DNA of 50,031 nucleotides from a virus (IMGVR_UViG_3300017991_001587:1-50031), one strand, 5' to 3'; positions 37,380-46,652 are shown, counted from the first letter of the stretch. Notes: generated from the letters alone by a model not told the origin. Translations and numbers: made by a program.

Positions 37380-37564
37380 TCATTCGACGGTTGATCCTAT
37401 GGGTGAAGTATCACAATCGGGTGCGCATTCGACCCGCCTATGAAGGCACCGAATACCGCTTCACGATCGACGGCGTTGTCGAATATCAAGGAAGCGCCGA
37501 AGATTGTGTTCGTGTTGCGAAGTCGATCTTCGGCTTCGCGCCGAAGGTGGAACATACCCGATGA
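37376..37564 (+). CDS. Small hypothetical protein
   Basis: ATGA overlaps at both ends. Confidence 0.55.
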   Translation: MIIRRLILWVKYHNRVRIRPAYEGTEYRFTIDGVVEYQGSAEDCVRVAKSIFGFAPKVEHTR

Positions 37565-38607
37565 TGCGCGGCATGGATCTCGACGACTTCGTGTCGCATC
37601 GCGGGTCGGGCTCGGCTTCGCGGCATGCGGGCGGCAAGCTCGCCGCCCGAATCGACGTGCCGAAGTTGCTCGACGCGCTCGGGCTCGAACACCGACCGCC
37701 GCGCGGTTCCGAGATATGGCTTCCGTGCCCGTTCCATGAAGAAAGGGAGCCGAGCTTCCAGATCAAGCACGCCCCGCAATCGCCCGAGAATGGCTTGTGG
37801 CGGTGCTTCGGGTGCAAGGCGACCGGCAATGCGATCGGGCTCGTGAAAGAGCTTCTCGGGGTCGATTGGGCGGAAGCGCGGCGGCTTCTCGACGAAGGCG
37901 GCGTGATAGGGAAGCCGCCGCCGCTTCCGACGACGATCTCGGTCGAGATCGTCAACCGGCGGATCGGGTTCGCGTTGCCGATCGGGATCACGTTCGCACC
38001 GCTCGCCCGATGGGTGACGCCGCCCCGACGCTACGCCGAGAAGCGCGGGATCACGCCCGAGCAAGTCGTTCGATGGAGCATCGGATACTCGATCGAAGGT
38101 CGGCTTCGCGGGCGGATCGTGTTGCCGCTTCTCGACCGACGCACCGGCAAGCCGATCGGGTATACGGCGCGGGCGTTCGACGGCAACCCGAAGCGGTATC
38201 TCGAACCCGACCGGAAGGAACGGGCGACAAGCGGCGCGGTGTTCGGTGAACGACACTGGCCCGAGCCCGCCGAGCGCGACGTGTGCATCGTGACCGAAGG
38301 CGGGTTGAACGGACTTGCGGTCGAGCGTGCCGTCGAGCTTCTCGATCTCGACACGAGCTTCGGCGCGGTGCGTGGATCCAACCTTTTGCCCGGTCACGTT
38401 GCCCGCTTGTCGACCTTCCGGCGGGTGCTTGTGGCTTCCGACCCCGACGCGGCGGGCGACGGCTTGTTCGGGGCGTTGCGGGGCGCGCTCGGTCGATGGA
38501 CCGACGTCGTTCGTGTCACAATGCCGAAGGATCGGGATTGCAATGATCTCGATCCGAGCGACCTTGCCCAACGGATTTTCGATGCCCTATCGGTCAACCG
38601 AACTTGA
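37561..38607 (+). CDS. dnaG: DnaG-like primase (CHC2 zinc finger + TOPRIM)
   Basis: CPFHEEREPSF..WRCFGC, RGRIVLP, VTEG and DPDAAG motifs. Confidence 0.92.
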   Translation: MMRGMDLDDFVSHRGSGSASRHAGGKLAARIDVPKLLDALGLEHRPPRGSEIWLPCPFHEEREPSFQIKHAPQSPENGLWRCFGCKATGNAIGLVKELLGVDWAEARRLLDEGGVIGKPPPLPTTISVEIVNRRIGFALPIGITFAPLARWVTPPRRYAEKRGITPEQVVRWSIGYSIEGRLRGRIVLPLLDRRTGKPIGYTARAFDGNPKRYLEPDRKERATSGAVFGERHWPEPAERDVCIVTEGGLNGLAVERAVELLDLDTSFGAVRGSNLLPGHVARLSTFRRVLVASDPDAAGDGLFGALRGALGRWTDVVRVTMPKDRDCNDLDPSDLAQRIFDALSVNRT

Positions 38608-38911
38608 TCTCCTTCGACGCCGCGACCCCGACAAGTGGCGGGAAGTGATCCGTCAAGTGCTCGTTCGCGAGCGCGGGTCCGTTCGTCGCGCATGTCGATG
38701 GTTCGGTGTCACGCGGCGGCACATGTATCGGATCGTTGCTCGCGCCGATCTTTGGGATGTCATCCATGATGCCCGCCGGAAGGGACCGGGCATACCGGGC
38801 GGGAACCCGAATTGGAAGCGGCACCGATTGCCGCCCGACGATGATTCGGGCAAGCTTGCGGTGTCAGAAGACGACGACTGGATCGCTAGAACACGAAAGG
38901 CATTGCAATGA
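38582..38911 (+). CDS. Fis-like HTH protein
   Basis: VLVRERGSVRRACRWFGVTRRHMYRIV resembles HTH_8. Confidence 0.65.
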   Translation: MPYRSTELDLLRRRDPDKWREVIRQVLVRERGSVRRACRWFGVTRRHMYRIVARADLWDVIHDARRKGPGIPGGNPNWKRHRLPPDDDSGKLAVSEDDDWIARTRKALQ

Positions 38912-39066
38912 ACGACGAAGTGAAAGCCGCCTTGATCGCATGGTGCGACACCATGAAGCCCGAAGAGATCGCCGCCGCCGTTCGAGCTTCCCCGAACGCC
39001 GAGCTTCTCGGTGATCCCGACACGGTTGCGAAGTACCTTGTCGCCATGGCGACCGGGGTCGTATAG
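38908..39066 (+). CDS. Small hypothetical protein (52 aa, MNDEVKAALIAW...)
   Basis: ATGA overlap, AAGG RBS; below the ORF-track cutoff. Confidence 0.5.
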   Translation: MNDEVKAALIAWCDTMKPEEIAAAVRASPNAELLGDPDTVAKYLVAMATGVV

Positions 39067-39085
39067 CCCGCGCCATGATGCGAGC

Positions 39086-39382
39086 ATGACCTATCGTCCA
39101 CACGAGATCGGATCCATGATCCGAACGCGTCCGAAGGAAGCCGCCCGACGTGTGCTCGCGATCGTTCGCAGGAACAACGGCAACGTCGCCGCATGCGCCG
39201 ACGAAGCGGGCACCGATCGGCGTACCTTCCAACGATGGATCGCCGCGCTCGACGACGAAGGCTTCGAGCTTCGCATCGCGGTCGAGCAAGCTCGGGCGGA
39301 AGCCCGCAACCGGGCGGGCAAGGGGGCGGGCTGGTATCGTAAGGCTTCGCCCCGTTCGACGACCGATTCACCCGTCGATTGA
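39086..39382 (+). CDS. Fis-like HTH protein (paralog of 38582)
   Basis: RRNNGNVAACADEAGTDRRTFQRWI; leaderless CATGAT-N6-ATG. Confidence 0.7.
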   Translation: MTYRPHEIGSMIRTRPKEAARRVLAIVRRNNGNVAACADEAGTDRRTFQRWIAALDDEGFELRIAVEQARAEARNRAGKGAGWYRKASPRSTTDSPVD

Positions 39383-39433
39383 CCCGAGAAAACAAGGGGG
39401 TTAGAGAAAACGACATCGGGCGTCGCTTCGGGG

Positions 39434-39475
39434 TTGATTGTGCGGCTTGCTTGCCCCACAATTCTAGTCCACGCT
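39434..39475 (+). promoter_or_regulatory. Tandem sigma70-like promoters TTGATT-N17-CACAAT and TTGCTT-N17-CACGCT
   Basis: Exact spacing in a relatively AT-rich intergenic region. Confidence 0.55.
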
Positions 39476-39529
39476 CGAAACACAACGCACACGACGGAAC
39501 ACGGACGAAGGAACGAAAGGAACACGACG

Positions 39530-41185
39530 ATGAATAACACGATGCCCGCTTCGACCCGCCCCGCGAACGCAACCCACATTGCCCGTCTCGGTGACGCCGC
39601 CCGTTGGATCACGACCGACCCCGGAAGCTACGAGACCGCATGCAACGAACTTCGTGAAGCGAACGGCGGCTCGGGAATCCCGAAGTTCGAGAAGCTCGAC
39701 GCCCCGAAGCCCGCCGCCCCCCCTTCCGCCCCGAAGCCCGCCGCCGCCGCGCTTGTGACCGCCCCGACCCCGACGACCGCCCCGGTCGTGCGCGGCTCGA
39801 CCGTTTCCGCCGAAGGCAAGGCGCGATCGCAAGCCGACTTCGACGCCGCCGTTGCCGCCGGGTTCGCGCCCGCCGCGTCGTTGTACGAGCGGGGCACGAT
39901 GGTCGTCGACGCCGGGGTCGACAACGCCCGCCGCGCCCGTGTCGAATACGATGCCCTTCCGCTGGTCGTCGACTATTGCCGCGACTTCGAGAACCAGATC
40001 GCCGCAGAAGAGCGCCGCGACGTGAAGTACCCGCTCGGTAAAGTGCGGATGTCGGCGTCGGGGAAGTTCGCGCTCGGGCGCGGTCGCTTCTTGGTCGAAG
40101 ACCGGGCGTTGTCGGGGATCATGACGCGCTTTGGCGTCGGCGGCGGCTCGTACCTTCGCGACGGGTGCAACGCCGAGCTTCGGGCGATCAACGTCAACCG
40201 GCAAGCGGTCGCCTTCGCGGAACGCGAGAGCAAGGCGTACGAGAACGCCAAGCTCGCCGCCGAGATGGCGGGCGAAAAGATTGCCGACTTCCAGCCCGAG
40301 AACGTCGTGTTGCGCACCCGCAAGGTTCTCGGCACCGAACACCGCTCGACCTTCGCCGCCGTTTCCGAGACCTTCACCGCGTTCGACGTCGACAAGATCG
40401 CCCAGTCGATCGGCATGGCGGTTCCGAAGGATGCACGCGGAACGGTGTCTTACGACGGCAAGCGCGCCCGCTTCGAGATCGTGTTTCACACGAACGTCCA
40501 GCCCGAGAAGTTCGTGTCGGGCGAATTCTTCAACGCCGCCGTGATCGTCGAAGCGAAGGATGACGGGTCGGGTTCGATCAAGGTGTCGGCGGCGGTTCGC
40601 CAGAACCTTTGCTTGAACTTGATCGTGATCGACGACGCCCGCTCGAAGGTCGGCAACATCCGACACGTCGGTTCGGTCGAGAAGCTTGCCGAGCGGTTCC
40701 GCACCGCGTTCGCGGAAGCCTTGAAGAAGGTCGGACCCTTCATGGAGCGATGGGGTTACGCGTGCGACGACAACGCGCTCGAAGCGGCGCTTGTGGCGGC
40801 GGGCGAGCGGGCGCACGACGACGAAGGTCCGGTGAACATTCGCGAAGCCCTTCCGGGCTTGTTCGACGCCATCATCGAACGTGAGCTTGTTCCGGTGCGG
40901 GCTCACGGTCGGAAGCGCGAAGAAGTCGTCGGTGATTTGATCGCGATGTATGAGAAGGACGAATCGAGCGCGACGGTCGGCGGCTTCGTGTCGCGCGCGG
41001 CGGTTGCGAACGCCTTCACGCGCTATGCGCACGAAGTCGAAGGTGCCCGGTTCGACCCGCTTGCCGAGACCGAGATCGAGCGTGCGGCGGGTGCGTTGAT
41101 CATGGGGAACACGAAGCGCCCGCTTCCGTGGCAAGAGCCCGCTTGGATGCCGAAGGCGTCGGATTCCGCCAACGCGAGCGCGTGA
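39530..41185 (+). CDS. DUF932-like protein
   Basis: AAVSETF, DDGSGSIKV..VRQNLCLN and IRHVG pattern; AAAGGAA RBS. Confidence 0.6.
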   Translation: MNNTMPASTRPANATHIARLGDAARWITTDPGSYETACNELREANGGSGIPKFEKLDAPKPAAPPSAPKPAAAALVTAPTPTTAPVVRGSTVSAEGKARSQADFDAAVAAGFAPAASLYERGTMVVDAGVDNARRARVEYDALPLVVDYCRDFENQIAAEERRDVKYPLGKVRMSASGKFALGRGRFLVEDRALSGIMTRFGVGGGSYLRDGCNAELRAINVNRQAVAFAERESKAYENAKLAAEMAGEKIADFQPENVVLRTRKVLGTEHRSTFAAVSETFTAFDVDKIAQSIGMAVPKDARGTVSYDGKRARFEIVFHTNVQPEKFVSGEFFNAAVIVEAKDDGSGSIKVSAAVRQNLCLNLIVIDDARSKVGNIRHVGSVEKLAERFRTAFAEALKKVGPFMERWGYACDDNALEAALVAAGERAHDDEGPVNIREALPGLFDAIIERELVPVRAHGRKREEVVGDLIAMYEKDESSATVGGFVSRAAVANAFTRYAHEVEGARFDPLAETEIERAAGALIMGNTKRPLPWQEPAWMPKASDSANASA

Positions 41186-41191
41186 CGGTAG

Positions 41192-41243
41192 GAAGGCGCG
41201 GGGAAGGTGCGGAGAGGCACCGCAACCTTCCCCGCGCGCCTTC
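41192..41243 (+). terminator. Long imperfect hairpin after the DUF932-like gene
   Basis: GAAGGCGCGGGGAAGGTGCGG / CCGCAACCTTCCCCGCGCGCCTTC; no U-tract. Confidence 0.5.
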
Positions 41244-41315
41244 GAGCCCGACAAGGCACCGTCGAGCCCGAAGGCGCGCGAAGGCGCGACACGCGACGAC
41301 GAAAGGAACCCAACG

Positions 41316-41960
41316 ATGCGACGCCGGAAGCACACGACGACAACCCTTGAAGTGCGGCTTCACGCCTTGCGCTCGGGTCGTGTGAGCTTCACCGAGTTCT
41401 CGCGCGAGACCGCCGCCGACTGGTCGCGGATCGCCCGATACGTGCTCGGTCGATGGCAAGTGCCCGATGCCGTTGAAGTGATCGACGTCGAGCAAGAGTT
41501 GATCATCGCGGCTTGGCGGGCGTGCTTGGAATGGGATCCTTCTCGCGGCGTGGCGATCGACGTTCATGTTCGATGGCGGGCGATCACGGCGGCGAAGAAG
41601 TGGTTGCATCGGCAACGCGGCGCGCTTCGGCTCGACGACCGAAGCCCTTCGCGACATCCGGTGAGCTTCACGGCGCTCGGAATGGATCGCGGCGGTATGG
41701 ATGATCGATCATCCATGGCGGAACAAGTCGAAGAAGTCGCTCGGCTTCGGCTTCTGGGATCAACGCTCGACAAGCTCGCCCCGCAAGATGCCGCTTGCGT
41801 GCTTGCACTTGTCGTCGCGTCGGGCGATGTCGCGGAAGCGGCGCGGTTGGTAAACGGCAACACGAAGTTGAAGCTTCGGCTTCGGCTTGGATCCGAACAC
41901 GATGCTCGGCGGGCGATCTGTCGGGTGCTCGAACAAGTCGCGCGGCATGGCGCGGCATGA
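41316..41960 (+). CDS. Phage-encoded sigma70-family factor (regions 2 and 4)
   Basis: DVEQELIIAAWRACLEWDPSRG (region 2) and LDKLAPQD...DVAEAARLV (region 4-like). Confidence 0.7.
   Translation: MRRRKHTTTTLEVRLHALRSGRVSFTEFSRETAADWSRIARYVLGRWQVPDAVEVIDVEQELIIAAWRACLEWDPSRGVAIDVHVRWRAITAAKKWLHRQRGALRLDDRSPSRHPVSFTALGMDRGGMDDRSSMAEQVEEVARLRLLGSTLDKLAPQDAACVLALVVASGDVAEAARLVNGNTKLKLRLRLGSEHDARRAICRVLEQVARHGAA
41697..41717. repeat. Palindromic element copy 7, in-frame (MDDRSSM) in the sigma factor linker
   Basis: Direct reading. Confidence 0.95.
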
Positions 41961-41977
41961 TGCGCATGGAGGAAAGC

Positions 41978-43390
41978 ATGGCAACTTCAACGACGACAAC
42001 GAAGGCAACGAAGGCGAACGACGGCAAGGTGTCGGGCGTGATCATGGCGGTCGTCGACCCGAAGATCGTCGACAAGTATCTCGAACGGTACAAGGTCGCG
42101 GTGCCTTCGGGCGCTTCGATCGACGACCGGGTTCGGTTGCTCGCACAAGCGAGCCGCGCGAACACGCCCCGCGAGAAGCTTGCCGACTGCGACAAGTGCA
42201 AGGGCGACTCGGATATCACGCTTCCCGAATGCCCGTATTGCGGCGAAGGCGGAACCGAAGAGATGCCGATGGGGAACGAACCGGCGGGAACGAGCGGCAA
42301 GTCGACGCCGAAGCCCGAGCCGAAGCCCGAGCCGAAGCCCGAGCCCGCGAAGCCCGCCAAGGGGTCGCAGAAGCCGAGCAAGGGCAAGAAGCGGTCGGAA
42401 GCGGCGAAGGGCAACGGCAAGTCGACGTCGGAAGCGACGCAAGCGCTGGCGAACAAGCTCGGCGTCGAAGTCGCCCCGGAACACGAGCCCGACGCCAAGG
42501 GGTCCAGCAAGCCCGAGAACGAGTCGAAGCCCGCCAAGGGGTCGAAGCCCGCCAAGGGGTCGAAGCCCGAGCCGAAGGCGACGAAGCCCGCCAAGGAGTC
42601 GCAGAAGCCGAGCAAGGGGGCGACGAAGCCCGAGTCGAAGGATGCCGAAGTGATCGACGCGACCGCCGAGATCGTCGTCGCGCAACCGACCGGGAAGATC
42701 ACGACGTCGGCGGATCTCGACGATGCGGTGTGTGGGGTCCACGAAGCCAAGCGCGCGGCGGTCGTGTCCCACTGGGTGCTCGGCAACGCGATCCTTCGGA
42801 CCTTCGAGAACGACGCTTGGAAGCAACGCCGCAACGACAAGGGCGCGCCCGTCTATCGCGGCTTCAAGCAATTCTGCGAAGCCGAGTTGAACATGTCGTC
42901 GGGGTACGCGTACAAGCTCATGGATATCGCGGCGAGCTTCTCGGCGGATGACGTCGCGAAGATCGGCGTCGCGAAGCTCGGGATTGTGCTTCGCCTTCCC
43001 GCCAAGCAACGCACCGATCTTCTTGACGAAGTGCGCGACGGCATGCCGCTTCGGGAAGTTGCCGACAAGGTGCGGGCGCTCGCGAACGGTTTGCCCCAAC
43101 GCGACGACGGGCAAGGGAGGCGCAAGAACGTCGGCGGCGGCAAGGGCAAGGGCTCGGGCACCGTGTCGACCCCTTCGACGCCCGCCGCCGTTCTCACAAC
43201 GACGCACAAGACGAAGCGCACGACGATCAAGCTCGTGAAGGCGGCGGATTCCGAGAAGCGCGCCCGCAAGATGGCCGACAAGCCGATCGGCGTCGAGATG
43301 ACGTTGAACGGGATCGAGATCCGATACACGCTCGGCACCGACGCGCAAGGCAACATGATCTTGATCGTCGACCGCTCGCGAGCGACGTGA
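41978..43390 (+). CDS. Putative DNA-binding protein: zinc ribbon, KPAKG/PE repeats, DUF3102-like helical domain
   Basis: GGAGG RBS; CDKC..CPYCG; WVLGNAIL...FKQFCEAELNMSSGYAYKLMDIA. Confidence 0.6.
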   Translation: MATSTTTTKATKANDGKVSGVIMAVVDPKIVDKYLERYKVAVPSGASIDDRVRLLAQASRANTPREKLADCDKCKGDSDITLPECPYCGEGGTEEMPMGNEPAGTSGKSTPKPEPKPEPKPEPAKPAKGSQKPSKGKKRSEAAKGNGKSTSEATQALANKLGVEVAPEHEPDAKGSSKPENESKPAKGSKPAKGSKPEPKATKPAKESQKPSKGATKPESKDAEVIDATAEIVVAQPTGKITTSADLDDAVCGVHEAKRAAVVSHWVLGNAILRTFENDAWKQRRNDKGAPVYRGFKQFCEAELNMSSGYAYKLMDIAASFSADDVAKIGVAKLGIVLRLPAKQRTDLLDEVRDGMPLREVADKVRALANGLPQRDDGQGRRKNVGGGKGKGSGTVSTPSTPAAVLTTTHKTKRTTIKLVKAADSEKRARKMADKPIGVEMTLNGIEIRYTLGTDAQGNMILIVDRSRAT

Positions 43391-43393
43391 TCC

Positions 43394-45907
43394 ATGCGGC
43401 GATACGTCAACGCCTTCTGGCGCGGCGGCTCGATTCTCGCCTATTCCCGCAACGACGAAGGCGAGATCGAGCGTCGTGCCTTTCCCGCCGAACATTCCTT
43501 CTTCGTTCGCACCGCCGATCTCGACCGCATCGGTCCGAACGGGCAATCGCTCGGTCGGGTGCTTCGGGCGTCGCGCTTGCTCGTAGGGATCTCGAATGAA
43601 GGCGAGTATTCGCGCATCCGTTGGAAGTACGAGCGGGCGCGGGGAAGCCGCGAACCGAATCACCTTCTCGCGGCGAAGTGGGTCGAGCGCGAATTCGAGA
43701 TCACGACCTATGAAGCCGACATCGGTCCGCTTCGCCGTTGGGCGACCGACCACAAGATCGAGATCGACAAGCCGACCCGAGCCTTCTTCGACATCGAAAC
43801 GGATTCCCGCGTTCCGTTTTCGCGCAAGACCGATGCCCGGATACTTGCCTTCGCGGTCGTCGGTGAGAACGGCGAAGTCGACAAGGGGGTCTTGACCGAA
43901 GAGACCGACGAAGCCGAACGCGAGCTTCTCGTTCACATGTGGAAAGCGATCGCTAAGTACGAGTCGATCCTTGCGTGGAACGGCGACCGCTTCGACTTCC
44001 CGATGATCGAAGCCCGCACCGCGAACGCCGGATTGCGGGTCGAGATGCGTCGGTGGCTATGGCTTGATCACTTGTCCGTCTATCGGCGGTTGAACGTCGC
44101 CGCCGCATCGGGCGATGAAAAGCAATCCATGGCGCTCGACTCGGTTGCGTTCAACGTGCTCGGTGAAGGCAAGCTCGCGGGCATGACGGGCGAAAAGTCG
44201 TACGACGAATGGCGGGCGAACCCGAAGCGGCTTCTCGAATACTGCGTTCGAGACGCCGACCTTATGCGGCGCATTGAAGAGAAAACGGGCTTCGTCGCGT
44301 TGCTTCAATCGTTGTGCGAAGCGTGCCACGTATTCCCCGACTCGCATGGATTGCACCCTACCGCGCAAGTCGAAGGCTTCCTAATGCGGCTCGGTCTCGA
44401 ACGCGAACACCGCTTCCCGACGTGGCATGGATTCGAGGATTCCGAGGAGTTCAAGGGCGCATTCGTGCTCGACCCCAAGACACGCGGGATCGAGCGGAAC
44501 GTTCACGTTGCCGACTTCTCGAAGTTGTACCCGTCGATCATTCTTACGTGGAACATGAGCCCGGAAACGTATCGCCCGAACGTGCGGCTTGTCGAAGACA
44601 TCGGCTTTCGCCCGAGCTACTTGTCGCACCTTCCGCCCAAGACCTTTCCCCTTCCCGAAGGGCATTGCGTCGCGGCATACACCGACGCGGTATTCGCGAA
44701 CGAGCCGCGCGGGTTGCTCGCGGTCGCGCTCGAAGAGATGATTCGGCTTCGCAAACATTGGAACAAGCGCAAGGCGAGCTTGCCGCCGGGAACGCCGGAA
44801 TGGGTCGAAGCCGACCGGAAGTCGACCGCGTACAAGGTCGCCGCGAATTCGTTTTATGGCGTGGTCGGGTCGCCCTTCTCGCGGTTCTTCGTGCGCGACG
44901 TTGCCGAAGCGGTCACGCAATGCGGGCAATGGTTGATCAAGGAAACGATCAAGGCGGCGGAAGCTCGCGACATGCGCGTCGTGTACGGCGACACCGATTC
45001 GATCTTCGTCGTCGGGGCGAGCCGCACCGACTTCGCCGCCTTCGTCGACTGGTGCAACGCCGAGCTATACCCGAGCTTGATCCGGTCGAAGTCGTGTTCG
45101 CGCAACGAAGTCGAGCTTGCATACGAGAAGGCGTTCGAGCGCGTTGTGATGACAAGCGCGAAGCGGTATGCGGGGCGGTATCTCCACTATAAGGGAACCG
45201 AAGCAACGGAGGATTCCGAGCCCGAGATCAAAGGGCTCGAATACAAGCGCGGCGACGTGCCGAAGCTCGCCCGTGCGTTGCAATATGAAGCGATCAAGCT
45301 CTTGCTCGCGGGCGACGACCCGCCCGGAATCGAACCCTTCGTCGAGCTTCTCGACGCTTGGAAGAGCAAGGTGCTCGAAGGCGACATCGACGCCGACGCG
45401 GTGATCCAGTCGAAGCGGTTGTCGAAGCCGCTTGCGCACTATGCCCGACGCAAGAAGAAAGACGGCGAGTATGCCGCCGAGCCGCCGCACGTTGCGGTTG
45501 CTCGGGTATTGAAGGAACGGGGCGAAGATGTCGGTGAAGGCGTCAAGATCGAGTATTACGTCGCAGACGCGAGCGGCGATGGGTTGCAATGCAAGCCCGC
45601 CGTCGACTGGACCGGCGACTTCGATCGCCATTACGTTTGGGAAGTGCTCGTGTTCCCGCCGACGCGGCGCTTCCTTGCGGCGGCGTACCCCGACGCCGAC
45701 TGGTCGCCATGGGAACGAACGCGCCCGAACCGGAAGTTCAACCCGGATCAAGCGACGCTCGGGCTTGACGCCCCGAAGGTCGCGTCGAAGCGGGTGAAGC
45801 GGTCGAAGGGGGCGGAACCGAAGCCCGCCAAGGGGCGGAAGAAGCGAAGTCAAGCGGTACAACCGACGTTGTTCGACATGGGAGGCAACGATGCGACGAC
45901 GAAGTGA
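43394..45907 (+). CDS. polB: Family B DNA polymerase with 3'-5' exonuclease
   Basis: FDIET, WNGDRFDFP, YCVRDA, DFSKLYPSII, KVAANSFYG, YGDTDS and KRYAG motifs. Confidence 0.97.
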   Translation: MRRYVNAFWRGGSILAYSRNDEGEIERRAFPAEHSFFVRTADLDRIGPNGQSLGRVLRASRLLVGISNEGEYSRIRWKYERARGSREPNHLLAAKWVEREFEITTYEADIGPLRRWATDHKIEIDKPTRAFFDIETDSRVPFSRKTDARILAFAVVGENGEVDKGVLTEETDEAERELLVHMWKAIAKYESILAWNGDRFDFPMIEARTANAGLRVEMRRWLWLDHLSVYRRLNVAAASGDEKQSMALDSVAFNVLGEGKLAGMTGEKSYDEWRANPKRLLEYCVRDADLMRRIEEKTGFVALLQSLCEACHVFPDSHGLHPTAQVEGFLMRLGLEREHRFPTWHGFEDSEEFKGAFVLDPKTRGIERNVHVADFSKLYPSIILTWNMSPETYRPNVRLVEDIGFRPSYLSHLPPKTFPLPEGHCVAAYTDAVFANEPRGLLAVALEEMIRLRKHWNKRKASLPPGTPEWVEADRKSTAYKVAANSFYGVVGSPFSRFFVRDVAEAVTQCGQWLIKETIKAAEARDMRVVYGDTDSIFVVGASRTDFAAFVDWCNAELYPSLIRSKSCSRNEVELAYEKAFERVVMTSAKRYAGRYLHYKGTEATEDSEPEIKGLEYKRGDVPKLARALQYEAIKLLLAGDDPPGIEPFVELLDAWKSKVLEGDIDADAVIQSKRLSKPLAHYARRKKKDGEYAAEPPHVAVARVLKERGEDVGEGVKIEYYVADASGDGLQCKPAVDWTGDFDRHYVWEVLVFPPTRRFLAAAYPDADWSPWERTRPNRKFNPDQATLGLDAPKVASKRVKRSKGAEPKPAKGRKKRSQAVQPTLFDMGGNDATTK

Positions 45908-46652
45908 AGTGAAGCAAGCAACGGCGGCGGCACAAGCGCCCGAGAACGAGCCCGAGCCAGTCAAGGCACCCGAACCCGAGCCCGAGCCCGCGAAGCCCGC
46001 CAAGGGGCGGAAACGGGGCGGCAACGGGGCGAAGGCGGCGGCACCGAAGCCCGAGCCCGCGAAGCCCGAGTCCGGTCGGGATACGATCTCGGCACCGCCG
46101 CCCGACATGGATGATCGATCATCCATGCTCGCCCGTCGACGGGCGCAAGTCGCCGCCGACTTGGAGAACCTTGTGCTTGCCGAAGGCACGTCGAAGATCG
46201 TCGAGCGGATCTTCGAGATCGACGTATGGTCGACATACGAGCGGCTTGAAGCCGAGCTTCGCATCGGGGAACCCGGCAACCGGGATCGGATCACGCTCGT
46301 GAACGCGCTCGACAACGCGCAAGAGAACGCCCGACAAGCACACGCGATCTTCGTGTCGGCAAAGGTTGCCGTCGACCGCTATGAAGCCGACGCGGTTGTT
46401 CTCGCGGTGAGCATGCGCGAACAAGCGAGCGCCGAGCTTGAAGCCGAAAAGGATCGGGGCGAGCGACGCAAGGCGATCACCGACGCCGACGTGACGTCGA
46501 AGATCGCGGCGCTCTTCCCCGACGAATGGCGGGCGCTCGAAGAGGAAAGGGCGAAGGCTCGGCGCACGGTCGCGAATCTCGAACGCTTTGCCGACTTGTG
46601 GAGCAAGCGGGTCCGAACGCTCGAAGTATTGCTCGAATCGGTGCGGGCATGA
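45891..46652 (+). CDS. Coiled-coil protein, possibly UvsY-like recombination mediator
   Basis: GGAGG RBS; KAITDADVTSKI...LWSKRVRTL pattern; clustered with SSB-like and RecA-like genes. Confidence 0.5.
   Translation: MRRRSEVKQATAAAQAPENEPEPVKAPEPEPEPAKPAKGRKRGGNGAKAAAPKPEPAKPESGRDTISAPPPDMDDRSSMLARRRAQVAADLENLVLAEGTSKIVERIFEIDVWSTYERLEAELRIGEPGNRDRITLVNALDNAQENARQAHAIFVSAKVAVDRYEADAVVLAVSMREQASAELEAEKDRGERRKAITDADVTSKIAALFPDEWRALEEERAKARRTVANLERFADLWSKRVRTLEVLLESVRA
46107..46127. repeat. Palindromic element copy 8, in-frame (MDDRSSM)
   Basis: Direct reading; at the boundary of the disordered and helical parts. Confidence 0.95.

Noticed and set aside
39383-39445. Possible fifth bipartite element (CCCGAGAA at 39383)
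   Set aside because: No inverted TTCTCG partner 52 nt downstream
8502-46127. CRISPR array interpretation of the palindromic repeats
   Set aside because: Copies are kilobases apart with genes in between; no spacer-sized periodicity and no cas genes
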